Below, piece after piece: positions 25,602-39,154 of a DNA stretch of 64,000 nt. Both the position numbers and the translations under genes were made by a program. The stretch is from the NCBI RefSeq assembly GCF_009914755.1, contig NC_060936.1; one strand, written 5' to 3'. How positions within the stretch are numbered: position 1 is the first letter of the stretch; every line of letters starts with the position of its first letter. The notes beneath the pieces were generated by a model, which made no database searches, was not told the origin of the DNA, and saw nothing but the letters and a program-made list of their open reading frames with translations. The stretch is from the human T2T-CHM13v2.0 reference genome, Homo sapiens.

Positions 25602-26061
25602 TGTGTTAATTTCCCAGGGCAACTATAGTCAATTGCCAGAAACTGGGTCATAGGCTTACCATATTCCATGTTAATGGGTTTAATGTTTCCTCACAATTTG
25701 GAAGGCTAGAAGTCTAAAATCAAGATGGTGCAAGGGCCATTCCACCTCCAAAGGCTCAAGGAAAGACCCCTCCCTTGTTTCTTCCAAGCTTCTTGGACTC
25801 CTGGCAATCCTCAGCAACGCTTGATTTGTGGCTGCCTCACTCCAATCTCTGTCTCCATCTTCCCATGACCTTCTTCCACTTCTTCATGTCTTCTCCTCTT
25901 CTTATCTTGACAGTGATGATTGAGTTTAGGGCCTGTCCCAATCCAGTATCACCTACTCTTACCTTAGTTACAGGTGCAACAGCCCTGTTTCCAAATAAAG
26001 TCTCATTCTGAGTTTCTAGGTGGACATAAATTTTGGAGAACACCATTCACTCAACTAGGAC
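25602..26061 (-). mobile_element. MLT1B/C-like MaLR LTR
   Basis: ggaaggctagaagtctaaaatcaag, ccctgtttccaaataaagtctcattctgag, ggtggacataaattttgg. Confidence 0.85.
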
Positions 26062-28057
26062 CGAGGGCCAGAAACTGACAGATCTGATTCCTTTTCTCAA
26101 GATCAACTTACTGAGCTTCTGGGTGCACAAGTGTATGGATTCATCGTCTCCTTGGACATTGCAGAATGGAGGGAACACAAGATGGGGGCAATGGCCAATG
26201 CTTGACTGTTGCTGCTATCCGAATTTTCTTGTCAGTGCGCATGAATTTGCATTTAAAGTTCCAAATCTTTCCTTTGTCATTCAATATATTCAAAATGGAA
26301 TTTCCTCCCTGTGAGCCCTAATGTGGGGCAGACAACCCAGGTCTAAACAAGTCACTGCCATGTATTAGTACCCTGACACTGTAAGTGTTGGGTCTGAGAT
26401 TTGACAGGCACTCTTGACTCCAAGATGTCTGTATACTTGATAAACCTGATTGTTCAGAGCCACAGCCATTCCAGCAACCCTTGCAGCACTTGGTTGTCCC
26501 CAAATGGACACTCATTTCCTTCAGTCCCACTTTATTGCCCTTAATCCCAATGATTAAGAAAAAAAATGGTCTTACAGAATGTGAAGGAGGAGGTTGAAAT
26601 TCCAAAATAGAAATTTCAGGGCTCAACTTTAAATTAGTCTTCTTTTAACATTTTTAAAACTTTTAAGATGAGGCCGTCATGAGTCTGTCTGACCATGCCT
26701 GAGAATTACAGGCTGAGAATTTAGATTCACTTTATGAGGTGCTGAAATTATTTATAAATTGGAATCAAGGCATGGCAGCACTGGAAGCAGCCTTGGTGCT
26801 CATCTTGTGTAATTAATTTATTATAAAGATGGGACACTGAGGCCCAGATGGCAAATGCCTGGCCTGAGATTCAGGCAATCACAGAAACAAGACACTTCTG
26901 AGGCCTCTCGGTTCTCTCAACTTGGAACTATTTCCACCAGCATGGTGGATTTTAAAGCACGGTCAGTAAAAGCTGTTGATGAAATATTGATGGAGGAGGA
27001 AGTCACACAGGGCAAGCCCACACCAACAGATGCGTAAGGGCTGAGAGAAGAGGAGGGGAGGGTGAACGTCAAGTCTTGTCCAGGAGCTATTGGAGGCTTT
27101 CCCTGAAGCCAAAAGAGAGAAGGTCCCTTGGGACAGGCTTGCATTTATACCTGACCTCCTTCCAAAAAAGAAGACTGTTTATGTTGCTGATAAATCCTTT
27201 AGACTAAATGGATGAATCATACTCCCCTCTTTTTCCATTAACATACATTAATTTGTCAAAGAAAAAAGATATTTCTTCTAAGTTTTTAAGAAAATCTAAC
27301 TTTTAAATTAAATGTCTCATGCTTATCTAGTCCAGCCTTTTAATTCCACTCAACTCAAGTGTAATGAGTAAGCTTTGGGCTAGACTTTCATAGCTCATGA
27401 CCTATAAACAACTATAAGGTTATGCATTAGAAGAGGTGACATTTAAAGAGAGAGAAAAATCTTATTCAAAATGTGACTAGCCAGCACTGAATGTATTAAT
27501 CCTCCAAGTACAAGGCTGAGGATCTTCTAAAACTTGGGGCCAGTTGAAAAGTGCTTAATCATATTGCAGATCAGCTCACACCAGGCTGTTAGGATACCCA
27601 AGACCTAAGGATCAGCACAGCTGCATCATTACTGGGTGTTGATTGTTTTGGTAGGAGGGACCAAATGGAATATGGGGAAGGCATATCCAGTGCCTAGAAG
27701 GGTTTCTGAGTTGATAGAAGTTTCCTGAAAACAAAATAAAATTGAGGAGGGTGAGAGTCACATAGACTCTGAACCTCACACTCGTGAGAAATATTTTAAG
27801 ATTTTAAACTAGACTCCCCACCACCTCTCCTGCCTATTTCATCGTGAGAAGTGTCTCTTCTCATTGATCTTAGCCAAAGGACCGCAATGTCCTAGGGACA
27901 CACACAGCCAATTTTGTAGTGATTCTGTTATAAATCCTTCCCCTTTTAAGAGATTTGGATAGAAAAAAATTAAACAACTTTCTGGTCAGGCATTTGTTTG
28001 TCAAAGTATCTTGAGTTAAAAGTCTGTTTTCTCAAAACCTCAAGCTGTTCTGCTGAA

Positions 28058-28602
28058 GAAACAATATGCAACAATATGAAACAACATGCAACAGTATAAA
28101 ACAATGTGCAACAATATAACATGTGACAATATGAAATAACATGCAACAATATAAAACAGTATGCAACAGTATAACATGCAACAGTATGAAACAATATAAA
28201 ACAACATGCAACAATATAAGACAATATGAAAACAATATGCAATAATACGAAACAACATGTAACACTATGAAACAACATGCAACAATATGAAACAAAACAA
28301 TAGAACATGCAACAATATGACACAATATGCAACAATATGAAACAACATGCAACAATATAAAACAATATGAAACAATGTGCAACAATATAACATGTGACAA
28401 TATGAAATAACATGCAACAATATAAAACAGTATGCAACAGTATAACATGCAACAATATGAAACAAAACAATATAGCATGCAACGATATGAAACAACATGC
28501 AGCAATATGAAAACAATATGCAGCACTATGAAACAACGTGCAACACTATGAAACAACATGCAACAATGTAACATGCAAAAATATGAAGCAATATGCAACA
28601 TA
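28058..28602. repeat. A/C-rich minisatellite (core aacaatatgaaacaacatgc) with higher-order duplication
   Basis: About 20-bp unit; an approximately 80-bp block starting aaacaatgtgcaacaatataacatgtgacaat occurs at about 28099 and 28370. Confidence 0.95.
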
Positions 28603-29062
28603 TTGTTCAAGCAGCAGAGATGCTGCTGCTGATCTTCCACTGTACATTCCAAAGGACATTTCACCCTATCAAAAAGTCGAAATAAAAAAATGGTAATGCT
28701 CTTCACTGTTAATAGTGATATAGTTGTTTGCAAAACTTTCCATTTCAGAAGCAATTACCCCTGTTTCTGCACATCTATCAAAAGATACATTCAAATACTC
28801 CTGTTGAAACTCTTTTTTAAGTTGCTTCTGAAGATGTGGTGCAGAGTAAATGGGTTTGTGTCTAGGTGTGTTCATCCAAGGTGTATCTGGTCTTGAAGAA
28901 CGGAACGATCCGACTTTCAAGCACTCACAGGGACCATTTGAATTCCCCCAGTGAACAGGTGCCTTCTGGTGAGTGAATCTGAGCTCCACAATGTGTGTTT
29001 GGGAAACGCTGCTGGTCTGAGAGTGAACTCCAACATGTTTCCATTCCCTGTTCCAAACATGT

Positions 29063-29660
29063 CGTTCCTACCTGTGGCAAAAGGTGTTGGCTCCAAACCC
29101 AAAATCCATCCCTCCCCTCAGAGTAGGTGACCTCATCTATGTCTAGATCAGGGGTTAATCCAGAATACTCTAAGCCAATCATGGTGTCCCTTGCCCCACC
29201 AGTGTTTGGTTTAGGGGTAGGCATGTGACCTGCATCTGACCAACGAGATGTGAGAGAAAATGTGCTGGGCGTTCCCTGGAAGAGGTAGAGTCCGAGAAGG
29301 AGATGGGACAACGGAAGCAGAGGTGGGAGGGATGTGCTTTGAAGATGGAGGAAGGAGCCATGAGCCAGGGAATGTCAGCCACCTCTAAAGGCTGGAAAAG
29401 GAGAAACACAGAACATGGCTGGATCCTGACAGCAGCCCTGGAACTTCAGCCCCATCTGCCAAAGTGAGGGGAGCCAGCCTGAGGACCCAGGGAAGCAGAA
29501 AGTTGTGGAGACTTTATTTGGAGCTGCTACACATTAACCTCTTCTGGAGCTTCCACCACTTAGAACATTTTGATTTGTTAGATGCTAAATTTTCCTTGAC
29601 ATTTAGGTATTTGGGGTTGGTTTTTCTGTTATTTGCAGCTGGAAGGATTTTTACTAATCC
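29063..29660 (+). mobile_element. MLT1J-like old MaLR LTR interrupted at about 29283-29412 by an MLT1D piece
   Basis: taagccaatcatgg, ggcatgtgacc...accaacgagatgtgag, ggttggtttttctgttatttgcagc. Confidence 0.65.
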
Positions 29661-29972
29661 TCCGCACTGTCTTCCAATATAAAGGCTGGCTGCTAGGAAA
29701 CCCCCCTTATGCTCCAAATGCTAAGCTCTAACGACCACCTGGTCTTGAGACAATGCAGAAGAAATTCTACCTGGCCAGTTAACAAACTACATATTCTGTC
29801 TTTTACTGTACAAATATGGTCTAGATTTGTCTGCCTTCTCACAGTAAGGCTGGCCAAGCCTCTCTCAACCATCAAGCATGATTCATCAGTTTACCTGGAC
29901 TGGGAGGAAGATGGTGTGGTGGCTAGGAGTGAGGTCTCTGGGACTAAAACCAGCTTGTCCAAATCTCAGCTC

Positions 29973-30408
29973 TGTTAGGCTGAATAATGGCCCTCAACGA
30001 TGCCCACATCCTAACCCCCGGAACCTGTGATTATGTGACCTTGCATAGGAAAGGGGACTTTGCAGACATGGTTAAGCTAACACTCTTTACATGGGAGATT
30101 ATCCTGGATTATCTGGGTGGGCCCAAGTTCCTCACAAGGGCAAGAGAGTCAGAGAAGGAGACAGGATGATAGAAGCAGAGGTGGGAGGGATGTGCTTTGA
30201 AGATGGAGGAAGGAGCCATGATCCAGGGAGTGTCAGCTGCCTCCAGAGGCTGGAAACAGAAAGGAAACAGATTCTCTGCCAGAGCCTCCAGAAGGTATGC
30301 AGCCTTGTCCACCCCTTGACTTTAAACCTCTGACCTCCAGAACTGAAAAAGAATAAATGTATGGTTTTTTAAGCCACTAAGTTTATGCAACAACAGGAAA
30401 CCAATACA
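29973..30408 (+). mobile_element. MLT1D solo LTR
   Basis: tgttaggctgaataatggccc...cccggaacctgtgattatgtgacc...aagccactaagttt...ccaataca. Confidence 0.9.
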
Positions 30409-30571
30409 CCAGATCCAACACTCACCGTCTGTGGGGACCTTGAGACAGTTGCCTAACACACTTGAACTTCAGGTTCCCCTCTGTGAAATGGGCATAGTGA
30501 TAATAACTCACAGGTTCGTTACAATGCTTTGACATTTTAACGCAAGCAAGGTCCTAAGAAGAGTTCCTGGT

Positions 30572-30994
30572 TGATAAGGTTTGCATGTGTGTTCCCACCC
30601 AAATCTCATGTTAAAATGTAATCCCCAGTGTTGAGGTGGGGCCTGGTGGGAGGTGATTGGATCATGGAGGCAGAGTTCTCATGAATGGTTCAGCACCAGC
30701 CCCCTTGGTATTTTCCTTGCAATAGTGAGTGAGTTCTCACAAGATCTGGCCGTTTAAAAGTGTGAGGTACCTCCCCACTCACGCTCTTGCTCCTGCCTTC
30801 CCCATGTGATGTGCCTGCTCCCACTTCGCCTTCTGCCATGATTGGAAGCTTCCTGAGGCCTCCTCAGAAGCCGAGCAGGTGTCAGTACCATGCTTCTTGT
30901 ACAGCCTGCAAAAATATGAGCCAATTAACCTTCTTTTCTTTATAAATTACCCAGTCTCAGGTATCTATAGCAAATGCAAAAACAGACGAATACA
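30572..30994 (+). mobile_element. MSTA/MSTB solo LTR
   Basis: tgataaggtttg...cccacccaaatctcatgtt...acccagtctcaggtat...gaataca; TSD ctggt/atggt. Confidence 0.92.
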
Positions 30995-31128
30995 ATGGTA
31001 CATACTAAGTAAGTGCTCAACGGTTTTAAGCAATATTAATTTCATTCCTTCCCTAAAATATATTCCATAAAACATTATCAAACACTTTTGATTTTGCTGA
31101 AAATTTCATGGAAAGAAAAGATAATTAC

Positions 31129-31510
<382 letters not shown>

Positions 31511-31583
31511 CTACCTTCACGACACTAAGGTGTCTTCATCATCCCTCTCCCCTTCACATACAGCCTCACACACACTTGCTCAT

Positions 31584-32101
31584 TGTATTAGTCAGGGTTC
31601 TCCAAAGGGACAGAACCAATAAGATAGATGTAGGTATAAGCATGACTTTATTAAGGAGTCTTGACTCACATGATCACAAGGTGAGGTCTCACAGTAGACT
31701 GTCTGCAAGCTGAGGAGCAAGGAAGCCAGTCCATGTCCCAAAACCTCAAAAGTAGGGAAGCCGACAGTGCAGCCTTCAGTCTGTGGTCGAAGGTCTAAGA
31801 GTCTCAAAGCTGAAGAACCTGGAGTCCCATGTTCCAGGGCAGGAAGCATCCAGCATGGGAGAAAGATGTAGGCCAGGAGAGTAAGTCAGTCTAGTCCTTT
31901 CATGTTCTTCTGTCTGCTTTTATTCTAGCCATGCTGGCAGCTGATTAGATGGTGCCCACCCAGAATGAGGGTGGGTCTGCCTTTCCCAGTCCACTGACTC
32001 AAATGTTAATCTCATTTGGCAACACCCTCACAGACACACCCAGGAACAATACTTTGCATCCTTCAATCCAATCAAGTTGACACTCAGTATTAACCACCAC
32101 A
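31584..32101 (-). mobile_element. MLT2A (MLT2A2-like) HERV-L solo LTR
   Basis: tgtattagtcagggttctcc...caatccaatcaagttgacactcagtattaaccaccaca; TSD ctcat at 31579-31583 and 32102-32106. Confidence 0.93.
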
Positions 32102-32449
32102 CTCATATTAATCTCCATGGTTTTCGGCCCCTTCTCCTTTCTCTTTAAACACCATGTAAACCATAGTCTACATGCAGCATTTAAGTCCTGACCCTGACAT
32201 TCAAAACGTCACCTCACATTTGTCCCCAGGGCACAGTGATAGACACTGAAGTGACTGGTCTACAAGCCACATCAAGGAAGCCTTCGCAGAGGTGAGGACC
32301 CCCAGCTGAATATGCAGGACATGAAGGGTCAGAACAGCTTTCATTACATGATCAAGAGGAGGAGAGGGCTTTCAGAATCAACTCTGCCTGGCCTCCTGCC
32401 TAAAGATCACTCTGAACTGGCTAGAGAGGAATCAGGATTTGGTGTTTTA

Positions 32450-32969
<520 letters not shown>

Positions 32970-34109
32970 CTAGGGAAGTTTTGTAACACTGGACCACCAA
33001 ATCATCCCGGTGCTGCCCACCCAGGAACTGCCTCTCAATTGGCCCCACACCCCAGAAGAGGAGCTGGAGGCTTGAGAACCCAAGGCCAAGCAAAGATGCT
33101 CTTCTCCAGCACCAGTGACAGTGACGAGAGAGTGATCTTTCCCAAGAAAGTTGCATATTCTTCCAAAAAGGGAACTTCTACTTGGAGCAATACTTTGGGA
33201 AATCAAGTAAAATTTCCTCATGTCTGCCCTGAAGTGATGGGCACCAGATTCAGGCTGACAAATTTAAAACATGCAAATGGATTCACATCACCCCTCTTTA
33301 CTTTGACGGGAGGGTCCTCCTTTCCATATCTTGGCTTGGCCACCACCTTGAGTGTATAGAAAACCTGAAGCATCCTCAGGCTGGCTAGTCATGGAGAAAA
33401 TGTTTTCTGATTCCTCTGATTGACTTTGCACTCAGTCCTGGGATGCCAGCATCAGCTTATCATGCCACATTCCTCCTGGCACATTCCCGTCCTCTGAGAG
33501 ATGAGTCCATTAGTGATGCGCCGGCTGTCAGAAACCTGTGCAGCTCTGAAGCTGAACAGTCAGCATGGTCAATGTTGCCAGGTGATCAAGAGGGAGTATT
33601 GATTTTCCTCCAGGAATAGAAGTGAGGAAAGGCTCTGGGTCACAGTGAGAACCTCAGAATATCAGTCCAGTCTTCCAGCCAAGCAAGGTACACAGGCAGA
33701 AACTGCAACAGAAGCATGAGCAATATCTGCATCTTAAATATTCACATTCAATCCACATTCTGTCTTCTCTGTCAGCCCCTCCCCAGACCTCACAAGGTGG
33801 GTTTTCAAACAAACCCTGTTATCTGACTTTGCAGACATGCACATAAGAAGTATTTGGCATTCTCCTTTCTGTAGGCAGCCTTGGGCATGGCCCCTCTCAG
33901 TTGGAACTCTTGCTCTTTGCTCTCAGAGTGGTAGACAACATTGGGGAAGATTTAGGCTGATGCTAATTTTCTAATAGAAGCTAAACACAGTGGGCTTTCC
34001 ACAGTGGGCAGGGGTGGGGGACATGATGTTTGGGATTGACTTTTGAATTTGGACTTAGCTTATAGAATTTAATTCATTCTACATGCAAGAAAAAACCCAT
34101 GAGATCTTA

Positions 34110-34245
34110 TGAACTGTACAGGAAAAAGAAAGAGAGAGAGAGAGATGGGGAGGAAGAGGAAGAAGGAGAGAGATGGAGAAGTGAAGAGATAGAGAAAGGA
34201 AGCTGGTGGAGGGGAGGGAGTGGAGGGGAGGGAAGAGACTGGAGA
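34110..34245. repeat. Polypurine (GA-rich) tract
   Basis: About 135 nt, mostly A/G on the + strand. Confidence 0.8.
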
Positions 34246-34974
34246 AATAAACTCCAAAGGAGATTAGGATGCTGTGATCATAACTTTTCTGGCAGAAGTA
34301 GATCAGACACCTAGAAATGTGCTGTCTGTTATGCGGGAGCCACCATGGTAACTCATCAGTAACAGAGTGAACTCTCTGTTTCTGGGGAAGCTTTTTTAAA
34401 TTGATGGTGAAGTCCTCCCAAATACTTTATGACCAAGGGCATACCTGGAAAAGGAGGACCACTGGCAATCAGAGACCAGGAAGCCACATCTTCTCTCTGG
34501 GCTTCCTCAGCCCCAGCTCTCCTGCTCCAAGCCAGGCACTCTTCTGCATCATTTTACCCCACTACCCTCCTCAGAGCACCTGGTAGACAGGACAGTGGGA
34601 CTCTCTTGGCTAAAAGACAGTGATACTTAAATATAAAATATAAAATTTATGTACATAAGTTATAGCCATTTCTGTTTCATGCAGCTGCGTGTTTCTGCAC
34701 CAAAGTGATACAGTAAAATTCTCAGAGCTCAAGATGTTTCCATACCCGATGGGACAAATCACCACCTACCACCACCAGCATGGTGACTGTTCTTACTTTT
34801 TTTTCCTCTTCCATATTACAGAATTAAAGGAGGTGACCAAAATCACAGCACATCCCTGCCTCTGTCTCATTCAAGGCCCGGTAATGCAATGCAGACTTCA
34901 AACTCTGAAGTGCTTGACATTTTTCCATAGGCCTTTGGTTGGTACAGTGTATTTTCCTTAGAGGCAAAAGTGCA

Positions 34975-35319
<345 letters not shown>

Positions 35320-35693
35320 TCAGAAAATGCACCTCCTTCCAAACGGAGCAGTTGGAAGGCCCTTGTTTCAACTGTTTTCATGAAGACACTTGTATTCATC
35401 TGCTGGGGCTGCCAGAAAAAGGCAGCTTAAGCAAAAAATACAGCTTAAGCAAAGTAAAATGCAGCGCACAGATTGGGCAGTTTAAGCAAAGGAATTACTC
35501 ACAGTTCTGGAGGCTGAAAGTCCAGTGTATTAATCCGTTTGCATTGCTGTAATGGAATACCTGAGGCTGGGTAATGTATCAAGAAAAGGGGTTTATTTGG
35601 CTCATGGTTCTGCAGGCTGCACAAGCATGGCACCAGCGTCTGCACAGTTTCCAGTATGCCTTGAGAAGCTCCCAATCAAGGCAGAAGGCAAGG

Positions 35694-36090
35694 TGATATG
35701 GTTTGGCTTTGTGTCCCCACCCAAATCTCATGTGGAATTGTAATTCCCAGTGTTGGAGGATGGGCCTGGTGACAGGTGATCGGATCATGGGGCAGTTTCT
35801 AATGGTCTGGCTCTATGCCCCTAGTGCCATCTTGTGATAGAGTTCTCATGAGATCTGGTTGTTTAAGAGTGTGTGGCACCTCCACCTCACTCTCTCTTCC
35901 TCCTGCTCCAGCCATGTACGACGTGCCTCCTTCCTCTGTATTTTCTGCCATGATTATAAGTTTCCTAAGGCCTCTCCAGCCATGCTTCTTATACAGCCTG
36001 CAGAACCATGAGCCAATTAAACCTTTTTTTATAAATAAGTTACCCAGTCTCAGGTAGTTCTTTATAGCCATATGAGAATGGACTAACACC
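35694..36090 (+). mobile_element. MSTA solo LTR
   Basis: tgatatggtttggctttgtgtccccacccaaatctc...gactaacac; TSD caagg at 35689-35693 and 36091-36095. Confidence 0.93.
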
Positions 36091-36150
36091 CAAGGGGAGC
36101 CAGCATATCACATGGTGAGAGATGGAGCAAGAGAGGAATGCCAGGCTTTT

Positions 36151-36446
36151 TTTTTTTTTTTTTTTGAGAATGAGCCTCACTCTGTCACCCAGGCTGGAGT
36201 GCAGTGGCATGATCTGCGCTCACTGAAACCTCTGCCTCCCAGTTTCAATCTGTTCTCCTGTCTCAGTCTCCTGAGTAGCTGTGATTACATGCACCCACCA
36301 CCATGCCTGGATAATTTTTGTCTTTTTAGTAGAGATGGGGTTTCACCATGTTGGTCAGGCTGGTCTCGAACTCCTGACCTCAGGTGATCTGCCCGCCTCA
36401 GTCTCCCACAGTGCTGGGATTACAGGTGTGAGCCACTGTGCCTGGC
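36151..36446 (-). mobile_element. AluS (Sx/Sp-like)
   Basis: Antisense dimer; 14-bp TSD aatgccaggctttt at 36137-36150 and 36447-36460. Confidence 0.96.
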
Positions 36447-36544
36447 AATGCCAGGCTTTTCTAAACAACCAGCTCTCACGTGAAATAATAGAGCAAGGAC
36501 CCACTCATTACTGCAAAGATGGCACTGAGCCCTTCAAAAGGAAT

Positions 36545-36967
36545 TGTAAAGGGAACTAAGGACGGCCTGAGAGGGACTCCACACTTCTATGTTTGAGTCC
36601 TCATGGATGAACTGCAACCTAGGTAGGTAAGATTGAAAACCTAACTTAGAAGTATGTGCCCGTAACAATTAGCTGAGTCTTAGCCAATTCCAGCAGCCAT
36701 ACTTCCACCATTCATATGCTGCTGAGTGTTCAAACTGTGTTCAAATAAGGCAAATGCCAACCTGTAACCAATCCAGCCATTCTATACCTCACTTCTGATT
36801 TCTGTACATCATTTCCCTTTATTTGTCTATAAATCTTCTTCCACTCTGTGGCTGTGCTGGAGTCTCTGTGAATCTGCTGTGATTCTGGGGGCTGCCTGAT
36901 TCGCTAATCATTCATTGCTCAATAAAACTCCTTTCAATTTAATTCGGCTGAAGTTTTTCTTTTATCA
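36545..36967 (+). mobile_element. MER57A1-like ERV1 solo LTR
   Basis: ggcctgagagggactcc, gtaaccaatccagc, ctcaataaaactcc, ends tatca; 4-bp TSD gaat. Confidence 0.85.
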
Positions 36968-37813
36968 GAATCCACCCCTAGGATCCAAACACCTCCCACC
37001 AGGCCTCACCTCCAACATGAGATTTAGAGGGCATAAACATCCAAACCATATCATCCAAGATCTCAGTGCCGGAGCTTGGTTTCCACTGAGGCCTCTCTCT
37101 AGGGCTGGCAGACGACTGACTTCCCATTGTGTCCTCATGTGGCCTGTGCTCTGTCTGAGCATCTCTGGTGCCTCTTCCTCTTCCCACTAGGACACCAGTT
37201 GTACTGGCCTGTGAGCCCAGCCCTTATAACCCCATTTAACCATAATTACCTCTTTAAAGGCCCTACCTTCAAATATAGTCATACTCTAAGGTAGTGAGAG
37301 TTAAAACTTCAGCAAATGAATTTGGGACAGGTCACAATTCATCCATAAAACACTCAAGGGGATGACTTTGTGAAGGGGATCCAGAGAGGGACCACCGGTG
37401 AGACCTTTCCATCCAGGTCTCAAGATGTCTTATATGATCCCAGAATCACCTTTTTCTACAGGTCTCTCTTTTTTGTTTCTGGTCATTCTCTACTATCCAC
37501 AAACAGCCCATGAACTGTGTGCAGCTAAATGACATAGATTTGATCCATTTGTGTTTTTCTAGTGTTTCACTGCCATAAAAAAATCATGAAGTCTGAATTC
37601 CTGTTCTCCTGGGGCTGTTTCCCACATGGCAATAATCCGCAGAGGATGCCCATGGCTTTAAATAGGGAACACTGTCCCTAATTGAACAAAAAAATACCTG
37701 AGCACCTACTATATGTTAGGACTATTTTAGGCACTGGGGACTCTTATCTGAGAGACCAAAATAGAGACCCTTTATCAACTGAGACAGACTCTAAGTTTAA
37801 AGAAACAGAAGTG

Positions 37814-38152
<339 letters not shown>

Positions 38153-38252
38153 AAAGAAACAGAAGTTACCTGCTGGCAAATTTCTAAATTCCTATGACTA
38201 TGAGAAAAACCACACTCTTCCTAAATTCCCTAGCAATAGAAGATATCAGGCA

Positions 38253-39148
38253 AATTATCAGATATAAAGAGTCAAATTTCACCACATTTTCATGCTAAAA
38301 GCCCACCCCAAAGTGAACACGGGCTGTATGTTATATGTGTGTTTATCCACGACACATGCACTCAGCTCCTCTTACAAGCATGTATAGCTTTTCCCTCCAA
38401 ACCTGCTGAATATGTATGATTCTACTGTGGAATATGGGCCCTGGGAGGCAGAAAACCCAACCTGCCCCTTCCCTCCTTGAAGAGAACAACCTTTGGCCCA
38501 TACAAGATACTGTTTCTCCTTGGTTTGCAAACCGATATGGCCAACTGTCAGAGGCGTTTGAACCAGAGCAACTCCATCTTGAATAGGGGCTGGGTAACAT
38601 GAAGCTGAGACCTACTGGGCTGCATTCCCAGACGTTAAGACAGTCTAAGTCACAGGAAGAGATAGGAGGTTGGCACAAGATGCAGGTCGTAAAGACCTTG
38701 CTGATAAAACAGCTTTCAGTAAAAAAGCCGACTCTAATCCACCAAAACCAAGATGGTAACAGGAGTGACCTCTGGTCGTCCTCAGTGCTACACTCCCACC
38801 AGCACCATGACAGTTTACAAATGCCATGGCAACGTCAGGAAGTTACCCTTTATTGCCTAAAAAGGGGAGGCATGAATATAATCCACCTCTTGTTTAGCAT
38901 GTAGTCATGAAATAACCATAAAAATAGGCAACCCGCAGCCCTTGGGGCTGCTCTGTCTATGGAGTAGCCATTCTTTATTCCTATACTTTCTTAATAAATT
39001 CACTTCCACTTTATGTACTCACCCTGAATTCTTTCTCATACAAGATCCAAGAACCCTCTCTTGGGGTCTGGATTGGGACCCCTTTCCTGTAACACAACAA
39101 AGCTCTCTTTTCTACTATTTGGCCCTCCTGGTAGTCTTTTGGAAGACA
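38253..39148 (+). mobile_element. LTR47-like ERVL LTR split by MER41A
   Basis: ccaaacctgctgaatatgtatga...tttgcaaaccgatatggccaa | aaagctctcttttctactattt...ttttggaagaca. Confidence 0.6.
38546..39094 (+). mobile_element. MER41A solo LTR (ERV1)
   Basis: tgtcagaggcgtttgaaccagagcaactccatcttg...cctttcctgtaaca; TSD caac. Confidence 0.93.
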
Positions 39149-39154
39149 GGACAC

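Larger units (their letters stand above)
29910..31035 (+). mobile_element. MIR split into three pieces (29910-29972, 30409-30571, 30995-31035) by two LTRs
   Basis: MIR motifs run collinearly across the LTR junctions: aaatctcagctc | gaccttg...ctgtgaaatggg...cctggt | acatactaagtaagtgctcaa. Confidence 0.65.
35526..37053 (-). mobile_element. MSTB-type LTR inserted in the MLT1A, split by three younger elements
   Basis: tgtattaatccgttt...ccaaaccatatca; TSD tccag/tccaa. Confidence 0.88.
35391..37349 (-). mobile_element. MLT1A-type LTR, outermost layer of a nest (35391-35525 and 37054-37349)
   Basis: cacagttctggaggctgaaagtcca resumes as agatctcagtgcc; TSD acact at 35386-35390 and 37350-37354. Confidence 0.85.

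Noticed and set aside
28669-28989. 106-aa minus-strand ORF in unique sequence (also the 136-aa ORF at 32949-33359)
   Set aside because: No recognisable domain, non-ATG starts, and lengths compatible with chance; BLASTP or PhyloCSF would be needed to rescue them.
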